This document shows positions 1 through 12,421 of a stretch of 64,000 bases of DNA, piece after piece. This stretch comes from Haliotis rufescens (lineage: Eukaryota), in contig NW_025964371.1 in assembly GCF_023055435.1 (NCBI RefSeq), positions 310,001-374,000 on the forward strand. The letters are read 5' to 3'. The notes beneath the pieces are model-generated. The model saw only the letters and a list, made by a program, of their open reading frames with translations, was not told where the DNA came from and did not search any database. The translations under genes and the position numbers were made by a program. Numbering within the stretch: position 1 is the first letter of the stretch; each line of letters starts with the position of its first letter.

Positions 1-419
1 ATAACATTGGTACGGTAACAACAATTCATGTACATCATCACTGCATTTATTAAAGCAGTTTCCGAGATGCTGGCCACACATGAGTGCAGCTCGATTACGA
101 TGATATTCCTAAAAATATGATCTTATTATTCTCTTCACAAAAGCAGAGGACCGTAAAATATCAATGTTAATACCAAGTACTAGAACATAGATAGGTGTTG
201 ACGATAAACAATCTAATAATGGAAGAGCATTATGTCTGTAAAACGTAACAGCAAAAACACATCCTATAGTATATATGTGCTTCACGCAGCAGCGCAACAC
301 ACGTGTGCTGGGTGCAATTCCTGATTTTGACACTTTAAAGAAAGGTCGATTAATCTCTGTGGACCGTTCTTTCCGTCAATCTTATTGATTCTGCTGATCC
401 TACGGTTGTGATTTACTTC

Positions 420-1200
420 ATTTCATTCAGTGTTTCTGTATGAACTGGCGATACGGCGTCGATGCTCGACGGCCACGTGTTCTGTCGCTCCTTACAAATC
501 TTTATATTAGGCCATCAGCCTCGGTCCAAAATTTTGGCCACTGGTATGAAGTTAGGGGAATAATGCTCATAGCGATTTTTGGCAAGGTATGGACCAAACG
601 AACCAAGTCAAAGACGCCAAAATGACTGTCCTAACTACTCTATGACCTTAGATATGGCCACTTGTATGTGGTAATAAACATTCTGGCGGCCATTTTGGAT
701 TTTCACATAAAAACATGCTCCGATGGTTTTGGTAAAGGCAGAAAAGAAATCTTGGACCCCTCAAACCTAGTCATAAACACCAGAATGACCTTCCTAACTG
801 CTCTATGAGCTTAGATATGGCCACTTATATGTGGTAACGCGTATTGTGGCGGCCATTTTGAAAAAAGGGTGATAACACCTTAAAAAGCTGCCACCGCTGC
901 AATGCTATCACACATTTTCCAACTCTAGGGGTTCATACCTTGCCCTAAATCGTTATGAGCATTATTCCCCTAACTTGATACCAGAGACCCTCTGGACCCA
1001 TTTGACTACATTCCAAAAGAATAATATGGAATAATCGTCGCTGGTCACGTGTCATGTTTTCAGATCAGTCCCGATCTACTTTGCACTTTCTTGATAGGCG
1101 TGTTCATGCCTGGTGATGTCGACATGAACGTCAAGCCATTGTCATCCTGAGACCTCATGAGAAATATCGCGATGGATCGGCTACGGTGTTGGCTGAACTT
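420..1200 (+). mobile_element. Degenerate Tc1-like transposase relic interrupted by an unrelated insertion
   Basis: About 1027-1200 translates as WNNRRWSRVMFSDQSRSTLHFLDRRVHAW*CRHER...DGSATVLAE, resembling the Tc1 WxxVLFSDESRF...GSVMVW region. About 445-497 gives YGVDARRPRVLSLLT, resembling Tc1 GLRARRP...LLT. Confidence 0.5.
505..1000. repeat. Non-autonomous DNA-transposon-like insert with internal ~80-bp direct repeats
   Basis: 621-700 and 784-862 are copies of aatgac..cctaact..ctatga..ttagatatggccactt..atgtggtaa..ggcggccattttg. The insert splits the Tc1 relic. Termini not resolved. Confidence 0.35.
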
Positions 1201-1252
1201 GGCTAGGCTCCCCGATACTGACGGCTAATACAAATAAGTGAATACAACAGAG

Positions 1253-1603
1253 GCGAGGTTAAATTGGGTTTAACGTCGCGTCCAAGATTACTGCACTTAT
1301 ATAGCGACGTGCATGCACGTGTATGTGTATGTGTGGCTGCTTGTACTAGGCCGGACTGATGCCGATTTATAGTGCTAGCTCACTGAGATACCATGCCGCA
1401 GTTTAACATGAATACCCCACTCAGACACAGTAAACTGACTCCGAGCCGACCAGTCCTTGCTTTAACCCCTTAATGCCGAGCGCATGACAGGGTAACAACA
1501 AGTACCATCTTTAAACGTCTTTTGGTATGACATTGCCGGGGATCGAACCCCGGACCTTCCGCTCTCCGGGCGGACGCTCTATCAGTAGACCACGGAGGCG
1601 GTC
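1253..1603 (-). mobile_element. tRNA-derived SINE, family A (~350 bp)
   Basis: A/B boxes on the - strand (TGGTCTACTGAT, GGTTCGATCCC). Same sequence as 8846-9198. 13-bp TSD GAATACAACAGAG at 1240-1252 and 1604-1616. Confidence 0.9.
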
Positions 1604-1936
1604 GAATACAACAGAGAGAACCCAGAAACATGAAATAAATGTAAAACAAGGATTGGCATAGACGGTAGTAGGGGATGGAGGTGGGATTGCTTGTCATTGT
1701 TTACGAAACATGTACAAGATGGCTGACATTGAAGCGCTGCTGCACATTCTCGTACCTTGTTGCCTTGTCAAAGTTACTATAAATAGCATCATGCATCATA
1801 CACGTATGTATTACAGACTATTTGACTTAATATAGATCCTTATAATAATATTAATACATAACCGAGTGGTTATAGTTGCACTTATCTGCTGCGAACCTGG
1901 AAGAAGATTGCATTCTGGCAAATACTCATGAATTTA

Positions 1937-2138
1937 CGTACACAATGTGGGGCAAAACGCTCATTTCGACGACAATAAACACGTTGTCTTCCATCTCTTC
2001 CATCTCGGTGAGGACGAAATCGTGATTCATCGCTAAACCACACTCCTCTCCAGGTTTTCAAATTCCAAGATTGTAAGGTATGGCACCAACGCAAGCGTCG
2101 CTGTCGATGGATCGGTTGCAAACAGGGACAACCGGTCT
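1937..2138 (-). mobile_element. Isolated internal Tc1 transposase fragment (WRGVWFSDESRF)
   Basis: Near-identical to about 3974-4153. Flanked by direct repeat TCATGAATTTA at 1926-1936 and 2139-2149. Confidence 0.85.
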
Positions 2139-2376
2139 TCATGAATTTATGTTGAATAATTAAACAAAAAAACATGATTAATGATGTGCTAATACCAAAC
2201 GATGCTGTAATTAATCCAACATATAGACATAACAGTATGCTACATTGTTTAACTCTGAAAATAATAGAAAATAACGACATAGCAGTTTAACTTATCATTA
2301 TAAACTCACTCAATATACATTGGGCATCAAAATATTAGCCAGATACTTGATACATGAGATAAACATTTTGCATCTA

Positions 2377-2668
2377 AGGGACCGATCATTTGATATTCGG
2401 GGTGGCAGGGCTTGGGAATGTATTGAAAAATATAAATTGTCCCAAAATGTGCTGGTAAACAATAACATTGTGCTACAGACTGAAAATACATTGTTGCAGA
2501 GTGTTTTTATTTTGCGCTATGTTTTTAATCTCGTCTCCATACAAAATCCCAGCCCAGTGTGTCCCCAATCGAATGTTAAATAGTAAGTTCATTAAAGAAT
2601 TTTCGGGACAATGTAATTTATCGCTGAAATTCGAGGCCCAGTCCCCGAATATCAAATGGTCGGTCCCT
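2377..2668. mobile_element. MITE with ~26-bp TIRs inside a larger palindrome
   Basis: AGGGACCGATCATTTGATATTCGGGG ... CCCCGAATATCAAATGGTCGGTCCCT. The flanks 2336-2376 and 2669-2708 are also inverted repeats. Related copies at about 17524-17713 and from 36081. Confidence 0.8.
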
Positions 2669-3277
2669 TAGATGCAAATGTTTATCTCATGATTACAGTA
2701 TCTGGCTAATATGTAATTTTTCATGTTTCTTGTGTTTTTTCAACAACCAATATCACGGCGACAGCACCACACTAATACCTTGCCAACATATCAAGATGCG
2801 AATTCTGAAAAAAACGGATATTTAATATTGCGAGAAGCGACACACACCCTTGACGTACGATGACAAGTACAATCAAGCTAGGTATAGAACCACATAAGCG
2901 ACAAACATAGGATGCTGCAGCTGGAGAGCAATGACCCCCCCCCCCCCCCCCCCCCCCCTACACACACACACCCCGACACCCCGCCATTGTGAGTTGTACG
3001 TTTGGTCAGGGTATAATGGCCTCTCAACAAACACGACCCTTCACACGCCTTCTCAGTTACCGTTGGTCAATATTGTTAGTAACCGGCCATCGTTATTTAT
3101 ACCCGACCTACACTCCACTCACCGAAGGTCATGAACAGAACCTGTGTACAATTGGGATATCAATGTATGCCAGCATTGGTTAGTACCAGGATGAACATAT
3201 GAACACACACGCACGCACACCCACACGCGTGTGTCTTTCGGACCGACTATTTAACATTCGAGTGTGGACGAGACACA

Positions 3278-3283
3278 GTGTGT

Positions 3284-3326
<43 letters not shown>
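3278..3326. repeat. (TG)n microsatellite
   Basis: About 24 TG units seen directly. Confidence 0.95.
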
Positions 3327-3328
<2 letters not shown>

Positions 3329-4804
3329 CAAAAAAGGTAACGCGGAGACAGAAGTTGCGTAAATTTATTGTACCTAATAAGGTCGATATATTTATATATT
3401 TATTTTAATATCATAAATACAAATATGACATTTTGTAGCTTGATAGTCACATGTTGTCGTTGTACAAGGGCATTGAAAACTGTTCATTGTCATGTCACAC
3501 AAGGCCACAGGGTTAAGTTTAACTCAGTATCTCTTGTGACCGCCCCGGGGTGCAGTCACGGCTATGCATCTCCTTGGCACTGAATGGATAAGTTACGAAT
3601 TCTGCTTGTAAAGCGTAGGCCAATTATGGGAGTGCCTGCTGCATGTTCTGACGTTGATGCACACGTCGATCGAGTTCATCCCAGAGGTGTTCGATTGGGT
3701 AGAGATCTGGAGATCTCGACGGCCAGGGCAAGTCGTTGATGTTGGCATTATGGCGGTATTTTACCGTGACACGAGCTGTGTGAGGTGGAGCGTTGTCTTG
3801 TTGAAACAGCTCTCTCTGGCCGTCAATGATTGGAAGGAGGTGAGGTTGAAGAATTTGATTCATGTTGCAATTTGCTGTCAAATGTCCCTGAACCACAACC
3901 AAGTCAGATCTCGTTGTGTAGTATATGGCACCCCACACCATGACACTGCCGCCACCGACATTGTGGAATTTACGTACACAATGTGGGGCAAAACGCTCAT
4001 TTCTACGACAATAAACACGTTGTCTTCCATCTCACCAGTGAAGACGAAATCGTGATTCATCGCTAAACCACACTCCTCTCCTCTCCTGTAAGGTATGGCA
4101 CCAACGCAAGCGTCGCTGTCGATGGATCGGTTGCAAACAGGGACAACCGGTCTTCTTGGTCGGATTCGCGAAGATGGTTCCTGACAGTCTGGTCCGATAT
4201 CCTCCTCAAACCGGGGATGCGGCTGCAGTCTCCTTAGCCATAAGATGTGGCATTACGATGAAGTAGGTGGAACAGTCGAATGTAGCGATCCTGTGCAGGG
4301 TAGTAACTCTTGGTCGGCTGGTCTTCAGTGGAATTGAACTGTGGGTATCGGTTTCAAAGGCGGCAAATGGCTCTGTGGTGGACGTTGAAGTGGTGTGCAA
4401 CAGAAGACAGCGATTCCCCTCTTGGGTACGTCCTATGGCGATGTTCCGATCGGTAGAGCTGAGTCTAGGCTTTTTTTTAACTTGAAAAATGTTGACAATT
4501 GAATGACATATTATTGGCTTATGCCTGCCTTTTTTATAGCCACTACCACGAGTTACGAATGCCATAACTTGCACGTGCATTATGCATTACTGTATTCATC
4601 CATGACATTGTTTAACAAGTGTGAAAACAATGCCGTTTGAGTCATTGCAAATTGACAATGGCTGCGTTTTGGGGCACCGTTTGTCGAATATAAGGCCACC
4701 AACATTTTCCATTAACATATATCCAATTTATATACTGGATTTTTTGTGCAGTCTGGTTCAGTGAACAACACACCATCTGTGCGTTTCATGTTTTGAAGAG
4801 TATA
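3322..4804 (-). mobile_element. Tc1-family DNA transposon with disrupted transposase (about 4472 to 3524)
   Basis: Motifs PRLSSTDRNIAIG (N-terminal HTH), FSDESRF, MVWGAI, FQQDNAPPHTAR, WPSRSPDLYPIEHLWDEL, and end GGHKRY*. Right end GCGTTTCATGTTTTGAAGAGTA-TA; degenerate left TIR TTCAAAAAAGGTAACGC next to the (TG)n. Confidence 0.88.
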
Positions 4805-4863
4805 TATTAGTTTAAGCGTTTAAGCCTAATAAGACTTCCAGAAAGGGCAGGACAATGTAATGG

Positions 4864-5145
4864 TAGAACCGTGTTGACACAACGCACACACTGTTAAATT
4901 CAAAGCCATGTACATATATAAAGAACATTCGAGCCTGGGGAGTACACAAGAGAGGAGATCGCTGTTATCATGGCACACTGACCTCCTCACACACTGACAG
5001 CAGGTAGGTGAACGCTAAGGGCGCAGTTATTAGCTGATACTGCCGAGTACATTTTAAGATTTGTTTTAAAATGAGATTGGGTTTAATTGCAAACGTTGTG
5101 AGACCGTTGCATTACGGATTTTAAATTAGCCTTAAGGTATGTATG
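4864..5145 (+). promoter_or_regulatory. Putative promoter (TATA box) and first non-coding exon of SLC22 copy A
   Basis: Block conserved upstream of all three paralogues (also about 36418-36720 and 46487-46830). TATATAAAG at 4915-4923 (TATAAAG at 46532 in C, lost in B). Candidate donors CAG|GTAGGT (5003/5004) and AAG|GTATGT (about 5137). Confidence 0.6.
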
Positions 5146-5903
5146 CCACAGAGACACGAGATTACGATGCATTCTGATAATGATTGTCCAACACAAAACC
5201 CGGCATTTAGATACAGGTTTTGTAAGGATCGCTTGATCCACTACTTGTTTTGCCTCTTCCTCCCCCTACAACCTCCCTTTGTTCAGCTTAACTAACAGTT
5301 TTACATACATTGACCTTTGGTATGTAACCGAGTTTATGTATTCTTTCACGGTGATGATTGATAAGGTGGAATATTACCATTATTCTGGCTGTGAGATACT
5401 ACATACTTGTGATATACTAGTGCTCTGTTATGTTTGTTGTGTGGTAAAAGTGATATAGATTTTTTACTGGAGTAAAAGAACATTTTTCTGTAGAGATTAC
5501 AGCACATTAGATAAGTAGAAATTAAATCCTAGCCATGATCGCCAGCACACTGTTTCATAAAATTTAACACAACTTTGAGTATACAATTTATTGATATGTA
5601 TAATATTGACACACCTATCTAACCACTAGGTGTTGGTATAACAGTATGTCAAATAGGAAAGATGGTTCTGTGAGGGATGAAAACAGCGATGTAAGTCCAA
5701 ATTATCATCCTATTTTATTTGTCAAGTGTTTATGTTTGTTCATTTTATAATAAAACCCTTCTCTGTAGGTGCAGTATGTATATTAAGTAAGTATAAGAAT
5801 TTAAGGATCCATAAATTCTTATCCTTACTTAGTACTCTAAATGACTTTCAAAGAAGTATGTATATTAGCAAGAATATTTGGGTCAATACACGGGTGGACA
5901 ATA

Positions 5904-6225
5904 GGTGAGGTGAAATTGGGTTTAACGTCGCGTCCAAGATTATTTGACTTATATAGCGACGTGCATGCACGTGTGTGTGTGTGTGTGTGGCTGCTTGTAC
6001 TAGTCCGGACTGATGCCGATTTATTGTGCTAGCCCACTGAGATACCATGCTGCAGTGTAACATGAATACCCCACTCAGACACAGCATACTGTCTCCGATC
6101 CGACAAGTCCTTGTTTTAGTCCCTTAATGCCGAGCGCCAGACAGGATAACAACAAGTACCATCTTTAAACCCCGGACCTTCCGCTCTCCGGGCGGACGCT
6201 CTACCACTAGACCACGGAGGCGGTC
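5904..6225 (-). mobile_element. tRNA-derived SINE, family A (short internal deletion)
   Basis: Matches family A. TSD GGGT(G/A)GACAATA at 5892-5903 and 6226-6237. Confidence 0.9.
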
Positions 6226-6429
6226 GGGTAGACAATAAGCACCTCAACATGTTGATGTCGAGTGCAAAAACAATATGCGAATGTGGAGGTATATGGACTG
6301 CTGTGCGCATGCCTATGCTGTGTCCGGCTTTTGTCGTTTGTGTACTGCCATATCGCACATGACGTGTGCGAGGTGTTGGTATGTGAATGGCAGATAAGAG
6401 ATAAGAGTTATGTGGAACAAATAAAGAAA

Positions 6430-8810
6430 CAATACAAAACACATTACATCATATTAGGATAAGTCTACTGAAGAAAAGAAATATTTAACTGATGACCAAT
6501 TGTTATGGGAAATATTATTATTAGCCATAAGAGGACAATCCATTTATCATTAATCAACTGAGAAAACGAAAAAATGAGACGAAAGAAAAAACTTTATTCT
6601 CAGATCTTTATGAGCTTGAAACCTATCTAGACTAAAACAAATTGAAGTAGAAAAGAACGAAATTAAAGGAAACATTGATGAGATTAAAATGAATTGAAAT
6701 AAATAAACAACGTAAGGACAAAAGGGGGCTTTATTAGATCAAAGGCAAAATGGATAGAACACGGCGGAAAACATAGAAGTTAATCTTTAACAGTAGAATA
6801 CCGATTTGTTTTAAATAAGTTTATTAAAGAATTAAATAGAAAGGTTGGAACTGTTATAAAATGCAGGATGAGTTGCTTGCAGAAACTAAACAGTTCTATA
6901 AAAGACTGTATAGAGAGGAAGATTGTGAAATAATCAAATTTAGAAGAGTTTTTTTCTGAGCCATTCCAAGACTATCTAACCAAATGCCGTTAGGCTTAGT
7001 AAGGGAAATAACCGCCAAAGAAACCTCAGATGAACCGAAGAAACTGAAAAACAGAAAAAGCCCAGGACCTGATGGATTTACTACAGAATGTTTGAAATTC
7101 TTTTGGAATGACCTTAGGAAATATTTAATAAATTCACTAAATTATGGATACAGAAATTATTCATTATCTATAACACAGAAACAGGGGCTTATTACTTGCT
7201 TACCAAAAGAAGATAAGCCAGAATTTGCGCCCAATGTCGTTGTTAAATACATCATAAAAACTTGCATCAGCAGTGATACAAAATAGAATTAAAACTGTCT
7301 TACCTGTTATAATCAATGAGGACCAAAAGAGATTTGTTCTATGGAGATATATTGGACAGGTGACTAGACTTACATATGGTTGAGTGGATTATACTTTTAT
7401 TATTGATGCACTAAAATTCTTTCAATTTGGACCAAGAATTCAAAAATGGATAGCATCCTGTGTAGTAGTTAATGGATTTGCGAGTCCCTTTTTATGATAT
7501 TAAGAGGCTGTCGTCAAGGTGACCCAGTGTCGTCATATATCTAATATATATAATATGTGCGGAGATTTTGGAAAAAATATGATAAGAAATTATTCTAAAA
7601 TAAAAGGAATTGAGATAGGAAAAATTGAACAAAGTTGCTAGATTTTCTGGTCTTAAGGTCAATGCAGAGAAAACTAAACTAATTTGTATTGGTTCAAAAA
7701 AGAGATCAAGATATAAACTATGTAAGGATTGGCATCTAGACTGGACTAATACAAAGCTTAAACTATTAGGAATAAACTTTGATGTTGATTTAGATAATAT
7801 TGTAGAGGATAATTATAAAATAAAGTTTGAACCAAATAAGAGAGAATTGAGCCTATGGGCGGTAAGAAATTAGACTCCAATAGGTAGAAATATAGTCCTA
7901 AAAAGCCTCTTATTGTCAAAATTGAATCATGTCTTTTCTTCCATACCCAACCCGCCAAAAGATGTGATTAGTACTTTTCAGAAAAGATGTTTTAAATTTA
8001 TTTTAAAGGGAAAACAGGATAAAGAGAAAAGACAAATGATGTCTGAATCCCCAAAAGCCCAATCTTTTTTAAACATTGGTCAAGATATTATGAGACAATC
8101 TATATGGTTTAATGGTAGAATACAAATAGGAAATAGCCCAATCTCTTTTAAACATTGGTCAATCTCCTCGACCAACCATGCCACTCAGTATATCAACTCT
8201 GCCAAACCAAAATATAGGTAGTAAAGAATTTACAAGACTTTATCAGCACAGGAGTTTGTTAAGTTTCATGGCTTTGAAAAATGGGAAAGTATACTAAATA
8301 AGACATTTAGTGATGGCAGGAAGATGTTCTTAAAGTGAGGATGTTGGATGGTTTCAGTTTAAGATTAATCACTACATTCTTACAACTTACAAATATTTCT
8401 AAAAAATTAGATATGTTGACTCTCCTTTGCTTACTTTCTATACAAATCAACCTGAAACTGTAATCCATAGGTTATATAAGTGTTTACATGTAAGAAAGAT
8501 TTGGGAGAAACTGTACATTTGGATAATATCCGTTGTGAAAAGAACCATTGATTTGAACAGAGAAAATGTTTTGTTTGGATTTCAAGGCAAACACAACAAC
8601 CCATTGCATATTGTAACTTTAATAACAAAACAAGTAATATACAGACAATGTAGGTAAAGATTAATGCCACATTTTGAACACATACAACATGAGATATTTA
8701 GTTAATTACAATGCTGCAAAGGTAATGTTATTTACAAATTGTAACCATGCAAACTGTTTCAGGTTCTGGTCTTCCTTCCATACTTTGTTTAAAAACGAAT
8801 CTGTATAAAG
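6430..8810 (+). mobile_element. Degenerate L1/Tx1-clade LINE ORF2 (reverse transcriptase) fragment
   Basis: Motifs LKNRKSPGPDGFTTECLKFFWNDL, SITQKQGLITCLPK, RGCRQGDPVS, FSGLKVNAEKTKLI, and a C-terminal ETVIHRLYKC..VRKIW, with many stops and frameshifts. Confidence 0.85.
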
Positions 8811-8845
8811 ACACACTGATACAGTACGTTGACTTTATAGGCTAA

Positions 8846-9198
8846 GACCGCTTCCGTGGTCTAGTGGTAGAGCGTCTGCCCGGAGAGCGGAAGGTCCGGG
8901 GTTCGATCACTGACGGCGTCATACCAAAATACGTTAAAAGATGGTACTTGTTGATACCCTGTCTGGCGCTCGGGATTGAGGGGCTAAAACAAGGACTGGT
9001 CGGCTCGGAGTCAGTATACTGTGTCTGAGTGGGGTATTCATGTTAAACTGCAGCATGGTATCTCAGTGAGCTAGAACAATAAATAGGCATCAGTCCGGAC
9101 TAGTACAAGCAGCCACACAAACACATACACGTACATGCACGTCACTATATAAGTGCAATAATCTTGGACGCGATGTTAAACCCCATTTCACCTCACCC
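8846..9198 (+). mobile_element. tRNA-derived SINE, family A
   Basis: Head GACCGCTTCCGTGGTCTAGTGGTAGAGCG, B box GGTTCGATC, tail GTTAAACCCCATTTCACCTCACC. Perfect 10-bp TSD TATAGGCTAA at 8836-8845 and 9199-9208. Confidence 0.92.
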
Positions 9199-9485
9199 TA
9201 TAGGCTAAAATGTATATGTATGAAAAGATGTACATTTCTTGAATACCATGTACAACAATGTTACTGACACGACACACACGCATACATATAGGTATGCTGT
9301 ACCTGCTGAGATGAATACAGAAATAAAAAAAAAGCTTTTTATATTCGGACGTGTTGCAGATGATCGGTCCAAGTTATTCGTTTTCAAGAACATTTACTGA
9401 AAACTTTCTCCCCTACTTTCCCTCTAATATCTGTAACCGCGCTACCTGCATCAGGTACTGCCTTACAGAAGACATTTGTTTACAG

Positions 9486-9539
9486 ATTGCAAGTTTACTC
9501 TTCACCAAACTGGACGTTTATGCCCTGTGCTGTATAAAG
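9486..9539 (+). other. Putative 54-nt 5'UTR exon of SLC22 copy A
   Basis: TTTACAG|ATTG...TGTATAAAG|GTGAGT. A homologous exon of the same 54-nt length in copy C (46851-46904) lies only 167 bp before the first coding-exon acceptor. Confidence 0.65.
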
Positions 9540-10058
9540 GTGAGTAATGTTTGTTTTAAATGCGTTATAAAATAACCGCGAAATTGCTCATCAAACAATT
9601 CTGGTTGAATGAGGAAAGGTTAAAGAACCCTTCCATCTGTCCATGGTCATATATTGCCTTCAAAATGATATTTCAGGAATATTGCTAAAAGCGGCTGAAA
9701 ATCATGCACACTCACAACTTTAGTTTTACATTTAGACCAGGGGCGGTATTCATAAAGAAACTAAGATTTTTCTTAAGTCTAAACTTAATTTTTAGAAATC
9801 TGACTTAGCTAAGTCTGAGACTTAACTTGATATTCATAAACATGCTAAGTCCGAAACGTAGTTAAGTCTCAAAAGAAAAACTAAGTCAGTTTCGTAGTAC
9901 GTACCCGCGTGATCACTAGGGGGAATCCCAGCTATTTTTAAACTTCCGGTGGAACTCTTTAAAAAAAAAGGTCTGAACGTCTTTTTCGGTGGGATTTCCC
10001 GGTTGCTATTTACGGCAGACGACACACACAGCGAAACTTTGTCCACATTGCCAACGTC

Positions 10059-12151
10059 ATGTCAGAGGCAGATATCGTTGTCTGTCACTCAGGCAGTCGT
10101 TGTACACAAATGTAGTATTTACACCAGACATGAGTTTTATAAAGTTATATTTTAGCAGTGAACATCTACTAATTTAACTTATCCGAGATATATTAGTGCG
10201 CCAATCAAGCGATTATAAATGCATAATTTACCACTGCATGTAGATTTAATGCAACATTCTACCACTGAGCATGAAATCATCACTATTGGTGATTGGTCCT
10301 GTTATCAGTGGAATTTAAGTCACCTCTGATATAGCCATAACATATTCTATTACTATCATAAACTGGGACATTTGTTATTTCCAATTTGAGTTTTTTAACT
10401 GACAGTGCCCTTGCAGCAGACTTGGGGCTAAATATGAAATCTTGAAGTGATATCCAAAATATTAACATCCTAATTGTCGGCTGAATAAATCAACTTGAGA
10501 AAAATATTTTTTATATATATTTGGGATCAGACTACTTTTTTAATATAATCTCAGCACCCTCACAAAATGCTTGGCCCCTTATTATCTTCATATTTCCACA
10601 ATTGTAAGACACTTACTACTTTCCCTTAACTCTACAGGTTATTACAGCTACCCTCAATTCCTCTGGTTCACACCAGAGAACAAAGGAAGAGGTGGAAAAA
10701 AATGGAAGAACGTGAAAAGCCAGGCAAAACACAAGTACTCCGAATTTGGGAAACTGACAAAAGGAACTGGCAAGTACTTTTCTTCCCTTCATACATACTG
10801 TATACAAGTCAGGGTTATTGCATGACAACTCTTCTATCAATGGTCATTATAAATACGGTATTACCAATAGATCAATTATCAATCATAATGTTCTGTGTAT
10901 TTTTGTATGAAGAATATTATTTCCAAAATACATTTAGATAATGATGATGATTAGAAATTTCATTGTCTTAACCCTTCCATTAACGAACATATATAATAAA
11001 ATTTTAAATGATATAAAAAATTACAGTTTGTAATTAAATGTTTATACAGGAGGTGGACCAGCGCCAGCACCAATCAGCCCAGTGACCAATGCAGTCATTG
11101 ATATCTTAGGCCAGGACAACGTGACCCTAACTGGTGTGCCAGGTTCAATTGACACGACAATGCTGCAGGTGCTGGATCTGATGCCACCTACTGACAGGTA
11201 CATCAATGATATGAGATACCTTTCGGGTTAGAAAATTATCATGGTTCTGTTCTGACATAAATACTGGGTGCTTGGAAAGAGCTTATGGTATCACTATAGA
11301 CGAGCTTGTATATGGCTTATCCTTAATGAGTCCAAATTGAAGTATTTTCTGAATGTTATTCTAGTATAGGTGATGAGAGATTTGCTTAAAGAAAATAGTT
11401 CAAGGCAATCTATAACACTATCTTTTGTCTTATTTGATATTATGTCTGGGAGATGGGATCTTGTTACCTTTGGCTAGTTTTTATCTAAAAGCTTTAAATC
11501 TATAAAACCATGTATACATAACTTTTGTTTTGTTGAATAGTATGTCTGGGAGATAGGTTCATGTTACCTTAGCTAGGCCAGCATCTATCTAAAAAGCTTT
11601 AACTGAAACTACTAATATTTGGTATTTGCATTTTCCCTGGATCCTAATATGTATAACTTGCTGTTCTGTAAGCACATGAAATTTTGTATAAATGTTACAC
11701 CATGAATAACTTATAAAACCACTTGCTGTGGACCTAATTATTATTTGAAAACTTAGTATAAATGTATATTTTTGTATATAATATCAACACCTCAATTGTG
11801 CACAAATTAAGTCAATTGTTGTTTAAACAATTGTGATATGATTATAAATGTAAATGTTCTCATTATAATAACACAAAACAACAGGCTTGTTGAAATTGAA
11901 AAGAACATTTATGTGAAAATTACAATTAAAACTTTAATATTTTCTGTTTCAGGGAGATTTATGACACCGCCATGTCAGATCCACATCCTCAACCAGAAGG
12001 AGCCAACATGTATTCCAAGGAGCCAGATGTCACAGGGTCCCTCACTTCACCAACCGTGGAAACTCTGTTGAAGCAAAAATTAAAGCTTGAAATTGAATGC
12101 CTCACTTTGAAAAAGGAATACCTTAAATTGAAAATCACGAAACTGAATTAG
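10059..12151 (+). pseudogene. Harbinger H1 Myb/SANT-like DNA-binding gene (disrupted)
   Basis: Exon 1 reduced to ATGTCAGAGGCAG (10059-10071). Exon 2 10638-10769 (RTKEEVE..KWKNVKSQAK...KGTG) has a 1-nt loss in an A-run and a GC donor. Exon 3 11050-11197 (GGPAPAPISPV). Exon 4 11953-12151 (KLKLEIECLTLKKEYLKLKI*). Collinear with the intact H2 gene. Confidence 0.85.
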
Positions 12152-12421
12152 CTAAAAGTATCATACATGTTGTTTGGGCACTAAAGAATTATTTATATAT
12201 TTGAATATTAAATGTCACAATACATACTAAGCCAAATGTTATGATACAACAGATTCTGTAGAAAGAACATTGTGGAACATTTTTCAGAAAGAGTACATTG
12301 CATTTAGAATATTGCATATTTAAGACGGTGAGGGATAATTAAGATGATTAAAAACTAAAGATACTTTGCAAAGAATGTACTGCTGATACAAATTGGATTT
12401 ATTATGAGGAAATGTTGAAAA

